Source of the DNA: an uncultured Methylomirabilota bacterium
GTDB lineage: Bacteria; Methylomirabilota; Methylomirabilia; Methylomirabilales; 2-02-FULL-66-22
Assembly: GCA_963845565.1 (NCBI GenBank)
Contig: CAWJSJ010000002.1
Location: 1,312,001-1,376,000 of the forward strand
Length of the DNA stretch: 64,000 bases
Reading direction: 5' to 3'
A program made the translations under genes and the position numbers. This document shows, in pieces, positions 1 through 9,278 of this stretch. A model generated the notes under the pieces. The model had not been told where the DNA came from. It did no database searches and saw only the letters and a list, made by a program, of their open reading frames with translations. The stretch's first letter is position 1. Every line of letters begins with the position of its first letter.

Positions 1-1007
1 TTCACGTCGGTGCTGGAGGCCTCGGTGAACGTCTGCAGGCCCAGGGCGCGGTGGACGGCCTTGCAGGTCTCGACCACAGGGTGGGTGGCGGGAATGGAGC
101 CGGCCGGCCGGTCCCCCACCAGTGCCAGCGTGGCCTGACCGTCACCCTCCTTGACTGTTCGCTCGATGATGGCGAGAACCCGCCGCTCCAGATCGGCCAG
201 CGATTTGATGTCCACCGAGCGCATGTCCACCAGCATGTCGGCCTCGGACGCGATGGTGTTGACCGTGGTGCCGCCGTGGATGACGCCGACGTTGTAGGTG
301 GTCTTGGGATCGGTGGGGACCTCCAGGCGGGAGATGTCGGCGATGGCTCGCCCCAGGATGTGAATGGCGCTGGGCGCGGGAAAATGGCCCCAACTGTGCC
401 CGCCCCGGGCGGTGATGGTGACCTTGTAACGGCGGCTGCCCACCGCGACGTGAATGATGCGATTGATCTTCATCCCTTCGAGCGCGACCAAGGCTTTCAC
501 CGTGTCCTTCACGTCCCCCACAAAGGCCTTCATCCCCTTGAGGTCGCCGAGCCCCTCTTCGCCGGTGTTGCAGGTCAGGTAGAGATCGCCTGCGGTCCGA
601 ACACCTCCGGCGTCCAGGCCCTCCACCATCGCCAGGAGAGACGCCACCGCCACGCTGTTGTCCCCGATCCCCGGGGCCAAGAGCCGAGCCCCTGCGCGTT
701 TCACCCGAACGTCGGTCCCTTTGGGGAACACCGTGTCCAGGTGGGCCCCGACGGCGATCCCTGGGGCGTTCCCAGTGCCCGGTCGCCTGCCCCGGACATT
801 TCCCGCTCCGTCGATGAACACGTCCCGGAGACCCAGCTGGGCGAACCGCTCCTTCACGTAGGCCGCCCGGTCCCCCTCCTCGAACGTCGGGGCCGGGATT
901 TCGCAGACCCGGATGGCTTCCTCGACCACTTGGCCCGCGTGGGCATCCACCCAGGCCAGGGCCGCGGCCATGGTGGGGTCCTGCATCAGCTTCGGGATGT
1001 CGCTCAT
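1..1007 (-). CDS. M20/M25/M40 family metallo-hydrolase (3' end runs off the window)
   Basis: Manual translation from ATG at 1007: MSDIPKLMQD...AHLDTVFP...GIGDN...TGEEGLG...GGHSWG...YNVGVIHGGTTVNTI; GGAGGA RBS upstream; not in the ORF track because it is open-ended. Confidence 0.85.
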   Translation of the reverse strand, partial: MSDIPKLMQDPTMAAALAWVDAHAGQVVEEAIRVCEIPAPTFEEGDRAAYVKERFAQLGLRDVFIDGAGNVRGRRPGTGNAPGIAVGAHLDTVFPKGTDVRVKRAGARLLAPGIGDNSVAVASLLAMVEGLDAGGVRTAGDLYLTCNTGEEGLGDLKGMKAFVGDVKDTVKALVALEGMKINRIIHVAVGSRRYKVTITARGGHSWGHFPAPSAIHILGRAIADISRLEVPTDPKTTYNVGVIHGGTTVNTIASEADMLVDMRSVDIKSLADLERRVLAIIERTVKEGDGQATLALVGDRPAGSIPATHPVVETCKAVHRALGLQTFTEASSTDV

Positions 1008-1059
1008 GGATCCTCCTGGCGCCGTGCCGGCGCACTCGACGCTATTGCTAACCATCCCA

Positions 1060-1112
1060 CTCACGGCTATCATAAGTCAAATTCATTATCTTAATGCCAT
1101 TCATAAATACCA
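1060..1112. promoter_or_regulatory. AT-rich divergent promoter region with LysR-type box (ATAAGTCAAATTCAT, 1072-1086)
   Basis: T-N11-A motif between the divergently transcribed peptidase and LysR genes. Confidence 0.5.
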
Positions 1113-1127
1113 TTGGAGGTCAGCCCG

Positions 1128-2069
1128 ATGAACCTTCACCAGTTGCGCGTGTTTTACGAGGTCGCCCGTGCCCGGAGCTTCACCGCAGCCGCGAGCCAGT
1201 TGCGCCTCACCCAGCCGGCGGCCACCTGGCAGATCAAGCGGCTCGAGGAGGCCTACGACTTGCAGTTTCTGGAGCGCGCCGGGAAGCGGGTCTCGCTCAC
1301 CGAGGAGGGGAAGGTGCTGTTCGACTTCGCCGGTCGCCTCCTCCGTCTGGCGGGGGAAGCCGAGGAGGCGCTGGCGGACCTGCGGGGCCTACCGCTCGGG
1401 ATGCTCCGCATCGACGCGACCTACATCTGCGGCGACTACTACCTCCCGGCCCTCCTGGAGGCCCTGCACCGCCGGCACCCGGGGATCCGATATCAGATCG
1501 GAATCGGAAACAGCAGCCAGGTCATCGAGAACACCCTGGCTCAGAAGAACGACATCGGAATCTCCGCCCAGGACCCCGCGCACCCCAGGCTGGAAGCCCA
1601 CCGGATCATGTCGGACCTGCTGGTGGGCGTGGTGGGTCGGACCCATCCGTTCGCGCGCCGCCGGGCCATCACCGTGCGTGAGCTGGCGGGCCAACCGCTG
1701 ATCCTGCGCGAGAAGGGCTCGTCGCCGCGAGGGGTGGTCGACGACATCCTGAGCCGGCATGGCGTGGTGCCCACGGTCATCATGGAATCGGCGAGCACCT
1801 CGGCCATCAAGCGGTTCGTCGAAAACGGCGTCGGGATGGCGATTCTGTCCCAAGAGGTGGTCCGGAAGGAGCTCCAGGACAAGACCCTCCATCAGGTTCT
1901 CTTCACGGACGCGGAAATCGCGTATCATTTCTACCTGATCCGCCACAAGGACCGCTGGATCTCGCGTGCCCTGAGCGCGTTCGTGGAGCTGGCCCGATCG
2001 TTCCAGCTTCGGCCGGAGGCCGCCGCCCGGCCTCGACGACGCCAGGCGCGTCGAGGCCGGGCGCGGTGA
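1128..2069 (+). CDS. LysR family transcriptional regulator (CysL-like)
   Basis: MNLHQLRVFYEVARARSFTAAASQLRLTQPAATWQIKRLE HTH; LILREKGS motif; GGAGG RBS. Confidence 0.95.
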   Translation: MNLHQLRVFYEVARARSFTAAASQLRLTQPAATWQIKRLEEAYDLQFLERAGKRVSLTEEGKVLFDFAGRLLRLAGEAEEALADLRGLPLGMLRIDATYICGDYYLPALLEALHRRHPGIRYQIGIGNSSQVIENTLAQKNDIGISAQDPAHPRLEAHRIMSDLLVGVVGRTHPFARRRAITVRELAGQPLILREKGSSPRGVVDDILSRHGVVPTVIMESASTSAIKRFVENGVGMAILSQEVVRKELQDKTLHQVLFTDAEIAYHFYLIRHKDRWISRALSAFVELARSFQLRPEAAARPRRRQARRGRAR

Positions 2070-2081
2070 CCGGAACCGCCG

Positions 2082-3392
2082 TCAGCGCGCAAGCAGGAGC
2101 ATGCCCATCACGGCCCCGATCAGCATGGGGACCGCGTTACGCTTCATGACCTCGAAGGGACTGACGCCGGCGAAGGCCGACGCGATGATGCACCCGGCTG
2201 CCACGGGGGACATGCTGCGACCCAGGGCGCCGCCGATGTTGGCCAGGTTCCCGAGATTGATCGTGTTGATGCCGAACGAGGCCGCGTGGGGAGTGACCGC
2301 GTTGTTGAAGGCCAGCGTGGCGGCGTCCCCGGAGCCGCCCAGAACGGCTAGGATGAAGGGACCGAAGGTCCCGGCAAACGGCACGGCCGACTTGGCGCTC
2401 TTAAGGGCCTCGATGAGATCCTTCATCACCCCCGCCGCCTCCAGGCCGGCGATGAAGGCCCCCGCCGCAATGATGATTCCGAACACGAACCCATAGGCGT
2501 GGCCCATTCCGTCGAAGAACTTGTTGCAAATCGTCACCGGGCTGGTCCGGGTGACCAGCATCCCCAGAGCCGTTCCGATCAGCATGGCGACCAGGACCGT
2601 GACTCCCTTGGGAATGAAGGGGAGCGCTCCGGTGATCGCCGGCACATTGGTGACGATGAGGATGGCCAGCGGCACCATGGGGGTGATTGCCCAAAGATAG
2701 TTTACCTGCTCCAGCGTGGCGCGCTCCGTCTTGGCGATCTGGGCAAGGTTGGAGCCGGCCTTCTCCGGGGTCCAGTCCTTGTCCTGCTTGAAGAGCTTTC
2801 CCTCAAGGAAGAGGACGATGGCGATCAGTGCGGCGATGGACAGGGTGTATGGCATGTGCGCCTGGATGACCTCCATCACGGGGACATTGGCGATCTTGGC
2901 CACCATGGCGTTGTGGGCGTTTCCTGGGCTCCAGGTGGAGCCCCAGGTGCCGGCAAAGACCGCCGCCGCCGCCATGGCGGGATGAATGCCGGCCGCCATC
3001 ATGGCCGGGATCAACACCACGCCCACGGCCGCCGTGCAGCCCGCCGCGCTGGGCAGCGCCATGTTGACGAAGAAGGTCACCAGCATCGCCCCGGGTATGA
3101 GGAGAGGCCGAACCTTGACGAGGGGGTCCGTGAGCATCTTGACAAGGTGGGCGTTGCAGCCGGTCAGCTCCATGACGGCGGCAAAACCCATGACGGGGGG
3201 AATGGCCTGGAGCAGTCCGGCCACGACCATGTTCCGGGCGAAGGCATCCGACCAGGCCTGTGGGTTCCAGGCGATGACGGCCATGATCAGGCCGCCGGTA
3301 AGCAGGGCCAGGCGCACCTCCAGCTTCTTGACGATGGCGCCGAAGGTGAGCACCGTGACTGCTGCGGCGATGGCGTACATGAGCATCGTCAC
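2082..3392 (-). CDS. dcuC: DcuC-family C4-dicarboxylate transporter
   Basis: 436 aa hydrophobic; LPSAAG, GSGDA, GRSMSPVAA motifs typical of DcuC. Confidence 0.8.
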   Translation of the reverse strand: MTMLMYAIAAAVTVLTFGAIVKKLEVRLALLTGGLIMAVIAWNPQAWSDAFARNMVVAGLLQAIPPVMGFAAVMELTGCNAHLVKMLTDPLVKVRPLLIPGAMLVTFFVNMALPSAAGCTAAVGVVLIPAMMAAGIHPAMAAAAVFAGTWGSTWSPGNAHNAMVAKIANVPVMEVIQAHMPYTLSIAALIAIVLFLEGKLFKQDKDWTPEKAGSNLAQIAKTERATLEQVNYLWAITPMVPLAILIVTNVPAITGALPFIPKGVTVLVAMLIGTALGMLVTRTSPVTICNKFFDGMGHAYGFVFGIIIAAGAFIAGLEAAGVMKDLIEALKSAKSAVPFAGTFGPFILAVLGGSGDAATLAFNNAVTPHAASFGINTINLGNLANIGGALGRSMSPVAAGCIIASAFAGVSPFEVMKRNAVPMLIGAVMGMLLLAR

Positions 3393-3420
3393 GCTCCTTT
3401 CCGGCCCGAAGGCCTTCTGT

Positions 3421-3571
3421 TAGACTGCTGAAAACGGCCCATCTGCTGCGTTGGCTCGTTCGGGCACTCGTTGCGGCGTACCTGGAGTACGCCTCACTCG
3501 GCCCATCGCTCGCCGCCTTGCACCTGGGCCGTTTTGAGCAGCCTGGGTGCAGGCGGGCTCTTCAGCATCCT
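3421..3571 (+). mobile_element. MITE-like repeat family A, copy 1
   Basis: CTGCTGAAAACGGCCCATCTGC...GGCGTACCTGGAGTACGCC...TTTTGAGCAGCCTG...TTCAGCATCCT, shared with 6 other loci. Confidence 0.8.
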
Positions 3572-3597
3572 TCCGGAAGACTGCGGCGCCTCCGCCG

Positions 3598-5019
3598 CTA
3601 GGCCAGGGGGCGCGGCCGATAGAATGCGCTGTCCGCCAAGTCCACGACGAGGGGCCGAAGGCCCCGCGCCTGCACCGCGGCGGCGCCCGCCGCGGTGGTG
3701 ATGATCCGGCTGCCGCTGCCGCAGGCGTATCCTTGGTGCATGATGACGCGCCCGCCGGAGATGCCCAGGGTCGCCCGCTGCTCCGCGAGGCTCACGACGG
3801 TGATGTCTGCGTCGGCGCCGGCTCGCAGGGTACCCTTGGTGTTGAGGCCCAGGATGCGGGCCGGATTCAGGCTGGCCTTGGTGGCAAACTCGACCAGGGT
3901 GAGCGCCTGGAGCTTGACCAGGGCCAGGCCCATCTCGACGATGACGTTCCGTGGGATGCCGCCCCCGTCAGTGCTGATGGCGTCCACCACGAACTCGCCC
4001 GAGGGGCGCTTGGCGGCGGCTAGGCGGAGCCGTGGCTCCGGCGGGTTGACGGCGAAGCTTACCGTGGCGTCGGTGTTGCGCTGCCGCCAGTAGTCCCGAG
4101 CGGCAGACCCCGTTCCAAGCAGGACGCGACCGCCCGCCTCGACGTTGATCTGGGCCCAGCCCGCCAGGATGGCCGCCTCGAAGCCGGCCTCGGTCGGCGG
4201 GAACCCCCCGACCGTCAGACAGTGTTGGGTGACGCGGCTCTCCGGCGCCCCGCCCGAGCACTTGGCGCTGGTGCCGTTCAGCGGGGACAAATAGCTTTCC
4301 GCGCGCAGGTTGGGGTGGGCGGCGAGCGCCGCGATGGCCTCTTCCGTCTCCTGCATCCAGGGGCGGACGGCGCCCCGGCAGTAACTGTTGACGTGGGCGA
4401 TGTGCAGGGCATGGGGTCCGGCCAGTTCCACGGCCTGGAGGAACCCCTCGATATTGGAGCCCTGTGTGAGGCTACCGGCATGGAAGGCGACGTAGGCGTG
4501 GCGCGCATTCGCCAGCTCGATGGTCCGGGCCGTGGCCTCGGGGGTAAGCGGATAGTGCCCGCCGAGCAGCTTGAAGCCGATGGCCCCCTTGCGCAGGCTT
4601 CCGTCGAGGAGTGCCTGGAGCTCCGCCGGGTTTGGATCGGTGCCCTGCACCGTCTGGCCGGGTCGGACCGCCTCGATGCAGGCGATGTTCAGGCCGACCC
4701 CGTGGTCTCGGGCGATGTCGAGGACGCTGTCGATGGGTCCCGACATGTCCAGGGCGGTCGTCACGCCGACCTCGGCCATCATCTTGTGGCCCGCGCGCCC
4801 CCCCAGCCAGGCCGAGGCGTGCATGTGCATGTCAACGATGCCGGGAAGCGCGACCAGGCCGTGGAGATCGAAGACCTCGCGCGCCAGGGTGGGGTCCAGG
4901 TCCGGGGCGATTTCGACGACCTTCCCGCCGGTCACGGCGAGGTCGGCGGCCTCGACGCGAGCCCCGAGCGGATCGACGATCGTCCCTCCCTTCAGCAGGA
5001 TGTCAAAGGCCACAGCCAT
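3598..5019 (-). CDS. Amidohydrolase family protein (dihydroorotase/N-acyl-D-amino-acid deacylase-like)
   Basis: MAVAFDILLKGGTIVDP...LPGIVDMHMH...NPARILGLNTKGTLRAGADADI; GGAGG RBS. Confidence 0.85.
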   Translation of the reverse strand: MAVAFDILLKGGTIVDPLGARVEAADLAVTGGKVVEIAPDLDPTLAREVFDLHGLVALPGIVDMHMHASAWLGGRAGHKMMAEVGVTTALDMSGPIDSVLDIARDHGVGLNIACIEAVRPGQTVQGTDPNPAELQALLDGSLRKGAIGFKLLGGHYPLTPEATARTIELANARHAYVAFHAGSLTQGSNIEGFLQAVELAGPHALHIAHVNSYCRGAVRPWMQETEEAIAALAAHPNLRAESYLSPLNGTSAKCSGGAPESRVTQHCLTVGGFPPTEAGFEAAILAGWAQINVEAGGRVLLGTGSAARDYWRQRNTDATVSFAVNPPEPRLRLAAAKRPSGEFVVDAISTDGGGIPRNVIVEMGLALVKLQALTLVEFATKASLNPARILGLNTKGTLRAGADADITVVSLAEQRATLGISGGRVIMHQGYACGSGSRIITTAAGAAAVQARGLRPLVVDLADSAFYRPRPLA

Positions 5020-5071
5020 CCGACCTCCTTTCCGCAGGTTTCGCGCGTGTCGTTGGGGGGACTTGCCGCTC

Positions 5072-6151
5072 TTAGCCGCCGCGCCGGAAGTCGTTGCCTT
5101 GGCCCACCAGGCCGTTGGGCAACCGGACCGTCCGGTCGGGATCCGCCGCGGCGCGACCCAATACCAGGGGTGCGGCTCCCTGCCGCCGGAGCGTCTCCAG
5201 CGCCCGATCGGCGTCCGCCGCCGCAACCACCAGACAAAAGCCCACGCCCATGTTGTAGACCTGGAACATCTCCTCGTCCGAGACCCCACCCAGTCGCTGC
5301 AGGAGGCGGAAGACCGGCGGGAGTTCGGGCAGCGTGTCGAGGACGTAGCCCACCGCCGACTGCACACGCAGGAGATTCGTGAGCCCGTCGCTGGTGATGT
5401 GGGCCATGGCCTTCACCTGAACGCCCGATCGGAGGACTTCCAGGACCTCGCGGACGTAGATCCGCGTCGGCTCGAGGAGTTCCTCGCCGAGGCTGCGCCC
5501 GAACTCGGGCATGTGCTGTTCCGGGCGGAGGTTGGCCCGATTGAAAAAGACCTCGCGGGCCAGGGTCAGGCCGTTGCTGTGGATGCCGCTGGAAGGGAGG
5601 CCGATGACCACGTCACCCGGCCGGATGTCCTGGCCGATGATGATCTTGTCCACGGGCACCATGCCGACGCATGCGCCGGCAAGGTCGAATCCCCGTCCCT
5701 CCCGGACCCCCTTGATCAATTCCCGGACCTGGGCGATCTCGCCGCCGGGGATGGAGATGTTGGCCTGCCGGGCTCCCTCGTAGAGGCCCTTGCCGATAGC
5801 TTCCAGCATCGCCGGATCGGCCTCCTGGACCGCGATGTAGTCCAGCATGGCAAGGGGTTCGGCCCCCACGCAGAGGAGGTCGTTGACGTTCATGGCGATG
5901 CAGTCGATCCCGACCGTGTCGTACTTGTCCAGCATCTCCGCCACCAAGAGCTTGGTGCCGACCCCGTCCGTGGAGAGCGCCAGGCCGAGATTGTTCCCGA
6001 GATCCAGGACGGTGGCGAAGTAGCCGAAGTCCAGGACCGGCTTGCAGCGGCCGAAGGCCACGGTCTGCCCCACCCAGCGGAGCAGGCCGGCCAGGGCCGC
6101 CTCTTCCTTGATCGTGTTGACGCCGGTCCCCGAGTAGCTCGCCTCACTCAT
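5072..6151 (-). CDS. purM: Phosphoribosylformylglycinamidine cyclo-ligase (AIR synthetase)
   Basis: TDGVGTK, AMNVNDL, SSGIHSNG, AHITSDG, YNMGVG motifs. Confidence 0.93.
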   Translation of the reverse strand: MSEASYSGTGVNTIKEEAALAGLLRWVGQTVAFGRCKPVLDFGYFATVLDLGNNLGLALSTDGVGTKLLVAEMLDKYDTVGIDCIAMNVNDLLCVGAEPLAMLDYIAVQEADPAMLEAIGKGLYEGARQANISIPGGEIAQVRELIKGVREGRGFDLAGACVGMVPVDKIIIGQDIRPGDVVIGLPSSGIHSNGLTLAREVFFNRANLRPEQHMPEFGRSLGEELLEPTRIYVREVLEVLRSGVQVKAMAHITSDGLTNLLRVQSAVGYVLDTLPELPPVFRLLQRLGGVSDEEMFQVYNMGVGFCLVVAAADADRALETLRRQGAAPLVLGRAAADPDRTVRLPNGLVGQGNDFRRGG

Positions 6152-6174
6152 ATCCACGCTCCCTTCGCGATAAC

Positions 6175-6255
6175 CACCGATGTCACAAATCTCACAGATC
6201 CACGGGCCAGATCCCACGAAACCATTCTGTGAACTCTGCGAAATCTGTGGTTCCC
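6175..6255. repeat. Inverted array of 9-mer-periodic repeats (CACAGAT-like) forming a stem-loop
   Basis: ACCACCGATGTCACAAATCTCACAGAT ... ATTCTGTGAACTCTGCGAAATCTGTGGT; the same unit occurs at ~44846. Confidence 0.6.
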
Positions 6256-6274
6256 CAAATCCTCGGTCGCCGGT

Positions 6275-8200
6275 TCACTTCACCTTGGAGCCGACGACGC
6301 TCGGGCGCTCGGGCGTCACCAGGACAAGCTTGCCCTCGGTGTCCGTGGCCGCGAGCAGCATGCCGCGCGACTCGACCCCCATCAGCTTGGTCGGCGCCAG
6401 GTTGGCCACCACCACGATCTGTTTGCCCACCAGCGTCTCGGGTGGATAATCGAGGAGGATGCCGGCCACCACCGTGCGCTCCTCGGCGCCCAGGCTCACG
6501 CGCAGCTCTAGCAGTTTCTTTGAGCCCGGGACCGCTTTGGCGGCCAGGATCTGGGCCACGCGGAGGTCGAGGCGGCGGAACTCGTCGATGCTGATCGGTG
6601 GCGTCTCGGGTCGGGGCGCCCCGTCGGGCGCGACCTGGGTCGCCGCCGCCGTGGCCGCCGCCTCCGCGGCAAGGTCCACCCGCGGGAAGAGGGCCGGGCC
6701 CTGCACCGCCTGTCCCGGAGCCATGGTCCCCCAGCGGCCAGCCGTTTCTGTCGCCGTGGCGTCCGGCCCCCCGGGGAGGCCAAGGCGCTTCCAGATGGTG
6801 TCGGCCGTGAGCGGCATGAAGGGGGAGAGGTGCAACCCCGCCAGCCGCAGTGCCTCGCAGGTGTGGCCCAGGACGCGGCCGAGGGCCACCATGTCCCGCT
6901 TGGCCAACTCCCACGGCTTCTGGCTGTCGATGTATTGATTGGCGGCGTCCAGCAAACTCCAGATGACCTCCAGGGCGCGGTGGAATGCGAAGCCGCGCAT
7001 GGCGTCCGCCACCCGGGCGTCCAGCGCTTCGGTGATCTCGCGAAGCCGCCGATCGCTATCGGTCACCGCCTCGCCGGGGGCGGGGATACGGCCGTCAAGG
7101 TAGCGGCCGACCATACCCAGGGTACGCTGCAGCAGGTTTCCCAGATTGTTGGCCAGGTCGGCGTTCAACCGGGTGACCAGCGCCTCCTCGCTGAAATTGG
7201 CGTCCAGCCCGAACGCCATCTCGCGCAGCAGGAAGTAGCGGAGGGCGTCCAGGCCGTACTTGTCCCCCAGTTCCAGCGGCGAGAGGACCCGGCCCCGGCT
7301 CTTGGACATCTTGGCCTCGTCCATCAGCCAGTAGCCGTGGACGTTGAGGTGCCGGTAGACCGGGATGCCTGCGGCCTGGAGCATGGTGGGCCAGTAGATA
7401 CCGTGGGGCTTCAGAATGTCCTTGGCGATGAGGTGCTGCGCCACCGGCCAGAAAGTGCGGAATAGCTCCCCGTCCGGGTAACCGAGCGCGCTCACGTAGT
7501 TGATCAGCGCATCGAACCAGACGTAGGTGACGTACTTGTCGTCGAAGGGCAGCGGGATCCCCCAGGTGAGGCGGCTGCGCGGCCGGGAAATGCAGAGGTC
7601 CTCCAGCGGGTCGCGCAGGAATGCCAGCGCCTCGTTCCGGTATCGCTCCGGCCGGATGAAGTCCGGGTGCTCCTGGATGTGGCGGATCAGCCAGTCCTGG
7701 TACTTGCTCATGCGGAAGAAGTAGTTCTGTTCCTTCACGAAGTCCAGGGGAGTCTGATGGTCGGGGCATTTCCCGTCCACCGCTTCCTTTTCGGTGTAAA
7801 AACGCTCGCACCCGACGCAGTAGAGCCCGCCGTATTCGCTGAAATAGATGTCTCCCGCATCGTAGATCTTCTGCAAGATGGCCTGCACGACACGCTTGTG
7901 CCGCGGCTCGGTGGTGCGGATGAACTGATCGAAGCTGAGCCCCATCCGCTCCCAGGTCTGTCGGAAGAGGCCGCTGATCCGGTCGGCATAGGCCTGGGGA
8001 GTCTCGCCGGCCTTGGCGGCGGCCTGGGCGATCTTGTCACCGTGCTCGTCGGTTCCCGTCAGGAAATAGGCCCGGTGCCCGGCCAAGCGGTGATACCGGG
8101 ATACCGTGTCCGCGACGATGGTCGTGTAGGCATGCCCCGAATGCGGCGGGGCGTTCACGTAATAGATCGGGGTGGTCAGGTAGAACAACTCCTCGGACAT
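6275..8200 (-). CDS. metG: Methionine--tRNA ligase with C-terminal tRNA-binding domain
   Basis: YLTTPIYYVN, HSGH (HIGH), GTDEHG, KMSKS, C-terminal Trbp111-like domain. Confidence 0.97.
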   Translation of the reverse strand: MSEELFYLTTPIYYVNAPPHSGHAYTTIVADTVSRYHRLAGHRAYFLTGTDEHGDKIAQAAAKAGETPQAYADRISGLFRQTWERMGLSFDQFIRTTEPRHKRVVQAILQKIYDAGDIYFSEYGGLYCVGCERFYTEKEAVDGKCPDHQTPLDFVKEQNYFFRMSKYQDWLIRHIQEHPDFIRPERYRNEALAFLRDPLEDLCISRPRSRLTWGIPLPFDDKYVTYVWFDALINYVSALGYPDGELFRTFWPVAQHLIAKDILKPHGIYWPTMLQAAGIPVYRHLNVHGYWLMDEAKMSKSRGRVLSPLELGDKYGLDALRYFLLREMAFGLDANFSEEALVTRLNADLANNLGNLLQRTLGMVGRYLDGRIPAPGEAVTDSDRRLREITEALDARVADAMRGFAFHRALEVIWSLLDAANQYIDSQKPWELAKRDMVALGRVLGHTCEALRLAGLHLSPFMPLTADTIWKRLGLPGGPDATATETAGRWGTMAPGQAVQGPALFPRVDLAAEAAATAAATQVAPDGAPRPETPPISIDEFRRLDLRVAQILAAKAVPGSKKLLELRVSLGAEERTVVAGILLDYPPETLVGKQIVVVANLAPTKLMGVESRGMLLAATDTEGKLVLVTPERPSVVGSKVK

Positions 8201-8246
8201 GCGCGCTCCAGGTTCGCGCGGGGCCGGGGCGCCGGCTCCGCGAGGG

Positions 8247-9269
8247 TTAACGGTCTTCCAGATTGGCGAGCTCCTGCGGCACGCCCTCACCGTTCGCCGG
8301 CGGGCGGGCGGGCGGATTCTCGGGCCGCGGCCGCCGCCGACCGCGGCCGCCGCCGGCCCCCGACTCTCGGCCGCTCTTTTTTGCCGATGCGCGGTCTGCC
8401 GGTGGCGCCGGAGCAGCCGGCCGTGCGGCGTCCCGAGCCGGCTCCGGGGAGCGGCCGGGGTTCTCGGGACGTGGGCGAGGGGTGACCTCCGTCACCTGCA
8501 ACGCAACCTGCCCACCCGTCTCGAGGCCGACCAGGACCGTTTGTGCCAGGATGTCCTGGCCTCGGACGACGCCTGGGCCGCGGCTTGTCATCACATGGCC
8601 GCCAAGTTTCGGCAGACCGTGCTTCAGTTCCGCGTACAGACAGTGTTCGTACGCCAGGCAGCACTTGAGGCGCCCGCAGATGCCGGACAGCTTGCCGGGA
8701 TTCAGGGCCAGGTTCTGGTCTTTGGCCATCCGGATGCTGACGGGCGCGAACCCCTGGAGGAACGAATGGCAGCAGACCGGGCGACCGCAAGCCCCCGCAG
8801 ATCCCAGGACCTTGGCCTCGTCCCGCACTCCGATCTGCCGCAACTCCACCCGGGTGTGCAGGTGCTGGACGAGGTCCTTGACTAACTCCCGGAAATCCAC
8901 CCGCCCGTCGGCGGTGAAATAGAACATTGCCTTGCTGGAGTCCAGGCCGATCCGCACCTCGGTCAGTTTCATGGCCAGGCCGCGGGCCAAGATGCGTTCG
9001 CGGCAGAAAGCGCGGGCATCCCGCTCTCGCTCGGCGAGGGTGACCCGCCGCGACAGATCGGTCGGGGTGGCCTTCCGCAGGATCGGGTGGACAGGGCATT
9101 TTAGGTGACCGACGAGAATCGGCGGCAGGACCGCCGTCACGGCGCCCATTCCCACGCCCCATTCGGTTTCCACGACCACGAAATCGCCCGGGGCCAGCGT
9201 GGCCCCGCCGGTGGAGTAGTACTGGCCGCGCGCCGGGCCGGAAAACTCAACACGCACCACGTGGCTCAT
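8247..9269 (-). CDS. ricT: PSP1/RicT (YaaT) family protein
   Basis: FYFTADGRVDFRELVKDL, CGRPVCC, CGRLKCCLAYE; classic holB-yaaT-metG synteny. Confidence 0.92.
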   Translation of the reverse strand: MSHVVRVEFSGPARGQYYSTGGATLAPGDFVVVETEWGVGMGAVTAVLPPILVGHLKCPVHPILRKATPTDLSRRVTLAERERDARAFCRERILARGLAMKLTEVRIGLDSSKAMFYFTADGRVDFRELVKDLVQHLHTRVELRQIGVRDEAKVLGSAGACGRPVCCHSFLQGFAPVSIRMAKDQNLALNPGKLSGICGRLKCCLAYEHCLYAELKHGLPKLGGHVMTSRGPGVVRGQDILAQTVLVGLETGGQVALQVTEVTPRPRPENPGRSPEPARDAARPAAPAPPADRASAKKSGRESGAGGGRGRRRPRPENPPARPPANGEGVPQELANLEDR

Positions 9270-9278
9270 CCCTCTCCC

